Origin: Actinomycetota bacterium | Lineage (GTDB): Bacteria > Actinomycetota > UBA4738 > HRBIN12 | Assembly (NCBI GenBank): GCA_026003015.1 | Contig: BPGL01000001.1 | Coordinates: 282,297 to 346,296 of the forward strand | DNA: 64,000 bases | Direction: 5' to 3' | Shown: one piece after another, positions 58,220 to 64,000 of the stretch | How the letters are laid out: the number at the start of each line of letters is the position of its first letter | Position numbering within the stretch: position 1 is the first letter of the stretch | Position numbers and translations under genes: made by a program | The notes under the pieces: generated by a model | Told to the model about the DNA's origin: nothing | What the model saw: only the letters and a program-made list of their open reading frames with translations | The model's database searches: none

Positions 58220-59292
58220 GCGTTCCGGTTCCGGGGCGCCCCTACGAGGTCGTCGTCGGAGCCGGGGTCCTCGATCGGATCGGCGAGCTGCTCCCCGACC
58301 TGCCGGGAGCCGAGGTGGCCTTCGTCGTGACCGACCCCGCGGTCGCCGACCGGGTGCCGGCCCTCGCGAGCGGCCTGGAGCCTCGGCGGCTCCGAGCGGT
58401 GCCGCTGCCGGTGCCCGCCGGGGAGGAGGCGAAGACGCTCGACGTCTACCGCGCCGTGGTCCAACAGCTCGCGGCGCGGGAGGCCCACCGCGACGACCTC
58501 GTGGTGGCGCTCGGCGGGGGAGCGGTGGGGGACCTGGCGGGCTTCGCCGCCTCGACCTACATGCGGGGGATGCCCCTCGCGCAGGTGCCCACGACACTCA
58601 CCGGGCAGGTGGACGCCGCGATCGGCGGCAAGACGGCCGTCAACCTGCCCGAGGGCAAGAACCTCGTCGGGACGTTCCACCAGCCGCGGCTCGTCCTGGC
58701 CGACGTCGAGACGCTCGCGACCCTGCCGGAGCGGCACCTGCGCTCGGGCCTCGCGGAGGTGGCGAAGGTCGCGCTCACGCTCGACCCCGAGCTCCTCGAG
58801 CGGCTCGAGCGCGATCCCGTGCCCGTCGTCGCCCGCGACCCCGAGGCCCTCACCTGGGTCGTCGCGCGCTGCGCAGCGGCCAAGGCGCGGGTCGTGGCCG
58901 GCGACGAGCGGGAGGCGGGCCCGCGGATGGTCCTGAACTACGGCCACACGCTCGGCCACGCGATCGAGCGGCTGGAGGCGTACGCGGGGCGAACCCACGG
59001 GGAGGCGGTCGCGGTGGGGATGGAGTTCGCCGCGCGCCTGGCCGTCGCCCACGGCCTGGCGGCCGCCGACCTCGTCGGGCGGACCCGGCGGCTGCTCGCG
59101 TCGCTCGGCCTGGATCCCGACGGCGCGCTCCCGAGCGTCGGCGCGATCGAGCAGGCGCTCCGGCTGGACAAGAAGTTCCGCGGCGTGGTGCGCTTCGTCC
59201 TGCTGGCCGGGGTCGGTCGCCCGGTGGTGGTCGACGACGTGCCGATGACGCGGGTCCGCGAGGTCCTGCTCGAGATGGGGGCGCCGCCATGA
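58207..59292 (+). CDS. aroB: 3-dehydroquinate synthase
   Basis: GE..K, ALGGG.VGDLAGF.A..YMRG, PTTL..QVDAAIGGKT.VN, KNLVG.F, LNYGHT.GHA.E, HGEAV, DKK. Confidence 0.96.
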   Translation: MERVSVPVPGRPYEVVVGAGVLDRIGELLPDLPGAEVAFVVTDPAVADRVPALASGLEPRRLRAVPLPVPAGEEAKTLDVYRAVVQQLAAREAHRDDLVVALGGGAVGDLAGFAASTYMRGMPLAQVPTTLTGQVDAAIGGKTAVNLPEGKNLVGTFHQPRLVLADVETLATLPERHLRSGLAEVAKVALTLDPELLERLERDPVPVVARDPEALTWVVARCAAAKARVVAGDEREAGPRMVLNYGHTLGHAIERLEAYAGRTHGEAVAVGMEFAARLAVAHGLAAADLVGRTRRLLASLGLDPDGALPSVGAIEQALRLDKKFRGVVRFVLLAGVGRPVVVDDVPMTRVREVLLEMGAPP

Positions 59293-59723
59293 AGGTGCTG
59301 TACCTGTTCGGACCGAACCTCGGAGCGCTCGGACGGCGCGATCCGGCCCTGTACGGCAGCGCGACGCTCGTCGAGATCATGGCGGGCGTCGAGCGGCGGG
59401 CCGAGGAGCTCGGCCACGAGGTCGTCTGGCGCCAGTCCGACCACGAGGGCGAGCTGGTGGCGTGGCTGTTGGGGGCGGCGGACGAGGGCGCCGGGGCCGT
59501 CGTGCTCAACCCCGGGGCCCTGGCGCACTACTCCTACGCCCTTCGCGACGCGATCGAGGCGTGCGGTCTGCCGGTCCTCGAGGTGCACATGTCGAACGTG
59601 CACGCGCGGGAGCCGTTCCGGCGGCGCTCGGTGACCGCCGAGGCGTGCCGGGGCTCGATCATCGGGCTCGGAGCCGGTGGCTATCATCTGGCCCTGGAGG
59701 CGATGGCGTGGATCACGGGCTGA
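59289..59723 (+). CDS. aroQ: Type II 3-dehydroquinate dehydratase
   Basis: GPNL..LG.R....YG, QS..EG, NPGA..HYS.A..DA, EVH.SN..ARE.FR. Confidence 0.95.
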   Translation: MKVLYLFGPNLGALGRRDPALYGSATLVEIMAGVERRAEELGHEVVWRQSDHEGELVAWLLGAADEGAGAVVLNPGALAHYSYALRDAIEACGLPVLEVHMSNVHAREPFRRRSVTAEACRGSIIGLGAGGYHLALEAMAWITG

Positions 59724-60781
59724 GGCGTCGGACGCTCGCCGCGCGCCTCGAGGAGCTCGAGATCGACGCCCTCGTCGTGCGCGCGCCGGTGAACGTCCGC
59801 TACCTGACCGGCTTCACGGGCTCCTCGGCGGCGATCGTCCTCGATGCGCAGGAGGCCGTGTTCCTGACCGACGGCCGGTACACCGAGCAGGCGCGCCACG
59901 AGGTGCCGGACCTCGAGCGGCGTCCGCTCGGCGAGGACCCGGCCGCGACGATCGCGGGCCTCGTCGCCGAGCGCGGGCTCGCCCGACTCGGGATCGAGGC
60001 CGAGCACACGAGCGTCGCGGCGCACCGGCGCCTCGCCGAGCAGCTCGCCGGGATCGACGTGGTGCCCGTCGAGGGGGCCGTCGAGGAGCTCCGCGAGGTC
60101 AAGGACCCCGAGGAGCTGGACGCGCTCGCCCGCGCGCAGACCGCGACCGACGCCGCGTTCGACCGGCTCCTGGAGGTGATCGAGCTCGGGGTCTCGGAGG
60201 CGCGCCTGGCCGACCTGCTCGCCGAGGAGCTTCGGCAGGCCGGCGACCGCGAGCTCGCGTTCGAGCCGATCGTCGCGTTCGGGGAGCAGGCGGCCGAGCC
60301 ACACCACCGTGCCGGCCACCGGCTGCTCGAGGAGGGGGACGTGATCGTGCTCGACTTCGGGGCGACCTGGGCCGGGTACCGGACCGACATGACCCGTACG
60401 GTGGCGTTCGGGTCGCCCGCCGCCGAGCTGCGCAAGATCCACGACGTGGTCCGGCAGGCGCAGCAGGCGGCGATCGACGCGGTGCGGCCGGGCGCCGCGG
60501 CCGGCGACCTCGACGAGGTGGCCCGGCAGGTGATCGCCGAGGCCGGCTACGGGGAGCGGTTCGACCACGGCCTGGGACACGGGGTCGGGCTCGAGATCCA
60601 CGAGGCGCCGTGGCTGCGGCGGGGGTCGACGCGGACCCTGCGCCCCGGCACGGCGTGCACGATCGAGCCCGGGGTCTACGTGCCCGGCCTCGGCGGTGTG
60701 CGGATCGAGGACGTCGTGGTCGTGACCGACGACGGCGCTCGCGTGCTCGGGACCTCGAGCCGCGAGCTGATCGAGTTGTGA
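59708..60781 (+). CDS. Xaa-Pro aminopeptidase (M24)
   Basis: [18 protein letters not shown]...[31 protein letters not shown]. Confidence 0.93.
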   Translation: MDHGLRRRTLAARLEELEIDALVVRAPVNVRYLTGFTGSSAAIVLDAQEAVFLTDGRYTEQARHEVPDLERRPLGEDPAATIAGLVAERGLARLGIEAEHTSVAAHRRLAEQLAGIDVVPVEGAVEELREVKDPEELDALARAQTATDAAFDRLLEVIELGVSEARLADLLAEELRQAGDRELAFEPIVAFGEQAAEPHHRAGHRLLEEGDVIVLDFGATWAGYRTDMTRTVAFGSPAAELRKIHDVVRQAQQAAIDAVRPGAAAGDLDEVARQVIAEAGYGERFDHGLGHGVGLEIHEAPWLRRGSTRTLRPGTACTIEPGVYVPGLGGVRIEDVVVVTDDGARVLGTSSRELIEL

Positions 60782-60803
60782 GCACGAGGAGCGGGGCCCG
60801 ACG

Positions 60804-61370
60804 GTGAGCGTTTCCACGAACGACCTGAAGAACGGCATGACGCTGGATCTGGACGGCACCTTGTTCCAGGTCCTGGAGTTCCAGCACGTGAAGCCGGGCA
60901 AGGGCGGCGCGTTCGTGCGCACCAAGCTCCGGAACGTGCGCACCGGCGCGGTGGTCGAGCGGACGTTCAACGCCGGGGTGAAGGTGGGCCTCGCGATCGT
61001 GGAGCGCAAGGAGATGCAGTACCTGTACCCCGACGGTGACGCCTCGGTGTTCATGGATCTGGAGACCTACGAGCAGATCCACGTACCGGCCGAGGTGATG
61101 GGCACGGCGCGAGACTTCCTCCCCGAGGGCGCCCAGGCGCAGGTCGCGATGCACGAGGGGGTGCCGATCGCCGTCGAGCTCCCCGCCTCGGTGACGCTCG
61201 CGGTCACCGAGACCGACCCGGGCGTCAAGGGCGACACGCGGACCGGCGCGATGAAGCCGGCGACCCTGGAGACCGGGCGGGTCGTGCAGGTCCCCCTGTT
61301 CGTCGAGCCGGGCGACCGGGTCAAGGTCGACACCCGAAGCGGCGACTACATCGAGCGCGTGAAGGCGTGA
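60804..61370 (+). CDS. efp: Elongation factor P
   Basis: [48 protein letters not shown]. Confidence 0.98.
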   Translation: MSVSTNDLKNGMTLDLDGTLFQVLEFQHVKPGKGGAFVRTKLRNVRTGAVVERTFNAGVKVGLAIVERKEMQYLYPDGDASVFMDLETYEQIHVPAEVMGTARDFLPEGAQAQVAMHEGVPIAVELPASVTLAVTETDPGVKGDTRTGAMKPATLETGRVVQVPLFVEPGDRVKVDTRSGDYIERVKA

Positions 61371-61821
61371 GCTCCCGGCGACGGGATCGCCGGACCGCCA
61401 TCGAGGTCCTGTACCAGGCGGATCTCACCGGCCGGGACCCCGCCGAGGTGCTCGAGGCCTGGCGCCAGGCCGGTCGTGAGGTGGGCCCGTTCGCGCGATC
61501 GCTCGTCGAGGGGGTCGCCGAGCACCGACCGGGGATCGATCTCCTGCTCGAGGAGCATGCCCACGGCTGGACCGTGGCGCGGATGCCGGCGCTGGACCGC
61601 ACCATCCTGCGCGTGGCGCTCGAGGAGCTGCTCCACCGCGACGAGGTGCCGGTCTCGGTGGCGATCAACGAGGCCGTGGAGGCCGCGAACGAGCTGTCGA
61701 CCGAGGACTCGGGCCGGTTCGTGAACGGCGTGCTCGGACAGATCGCCCGTGAGCACGCCGCCGAGCGGCCCCGCGGGCCGGCCGAGCCGGCCGAGGGGGA
61801 CCGGGAGGGCGGAGCGCCTCC

Positions 61822-63740
<1,919 letters not shown>

Positions 63741-63744
<4 letters not shown>

Positions 63745-64000
63745 GCGCGCCCGCGTGGCTGCTGCGCGGCGCCCGGGTCGTCGACCCGGCGCAGGGCCGC
63801 GACGAGCCGCTCGACGTCTTGGTGCGAGGGGGGGTCGTCGCCGAGGTCGGCGTCGGCCTCGACGCGGCGGGGGCGACGGTCCTCGACGTCGCCGGCGCCC
63901 TGCTCGCTCCGGGCCTGGTCGATCTGCACGCCCACCTGCGCGAGCCGGGCGAGGAGCACAAGGAGACCATCGCGACCGGTACGCGGGCGGCGGCCGCCGG
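63741..64000 (+). CDS. pyrC: Dihydroorotase (5' part, runs off the window)
   Basis: [24 protein letters not shown]; ATGA overlap with pyrB. Confidence 0.93.

Overview
High-GC chromosomal segment from an actinobacterium, probably a deep-branching, uncultured lineage. Almost all genes lie on the + strand. The backbone is the conserved actinobacterial block nrdJ(3' end)-dut-tRNA(Gly,Cys,Val,Val)-thrS-HIT-EF-G2-pgsA/patA/pimA-pdxST-yebC-ruvCAB-yajC-secDF-apt-rel-dtd-hisS-aspS-rarA-alaS-ruvX-mltG-aroE-[...]-aroCKBQ-pepQ-efp-nusB-pyrR-pyrB-pyrC(5' part). Accessory cargo sits between the tRNAs: a DeoR fragment, two FtsX/MacB-type ABC systems, a DUF1996-like secreted protein and a 39-aa membrane peptide. 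A ~13-kb monoderm type IVa pilus locus lies between aroE and aroC. Most notable observations: (1) SecD carries a ~240-aa extracytoplasmic insertion of five Cys-paired repeats; (2) the pilus locus has its own apparent regulatory layer: sigma28/WhiG-like CTCAAG-N15-(G/A)CCGAAA promoters, a Roadblock/MglB-like first gene, an MshEN-type PilB, and a BldC/excisionase-like HTH gene preceded by four 9-bp tandem repeats; (3) the PgsA homologue in the PIM operon lacks three of its four catalytic aspartates; (4) a triple ACGGAAGC repeat fills the leader of an ABC operon. Many genes between ~32 and ~51 kb, including essential alaS and aspS, are broken by single-base indels. These look like long-read consensus errors, so gene boundaries there are approximate. 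No CRISPR array, rRNA, integrase or transposase was seen. All family assignments come from motif recognition and gene order, not from database searches.
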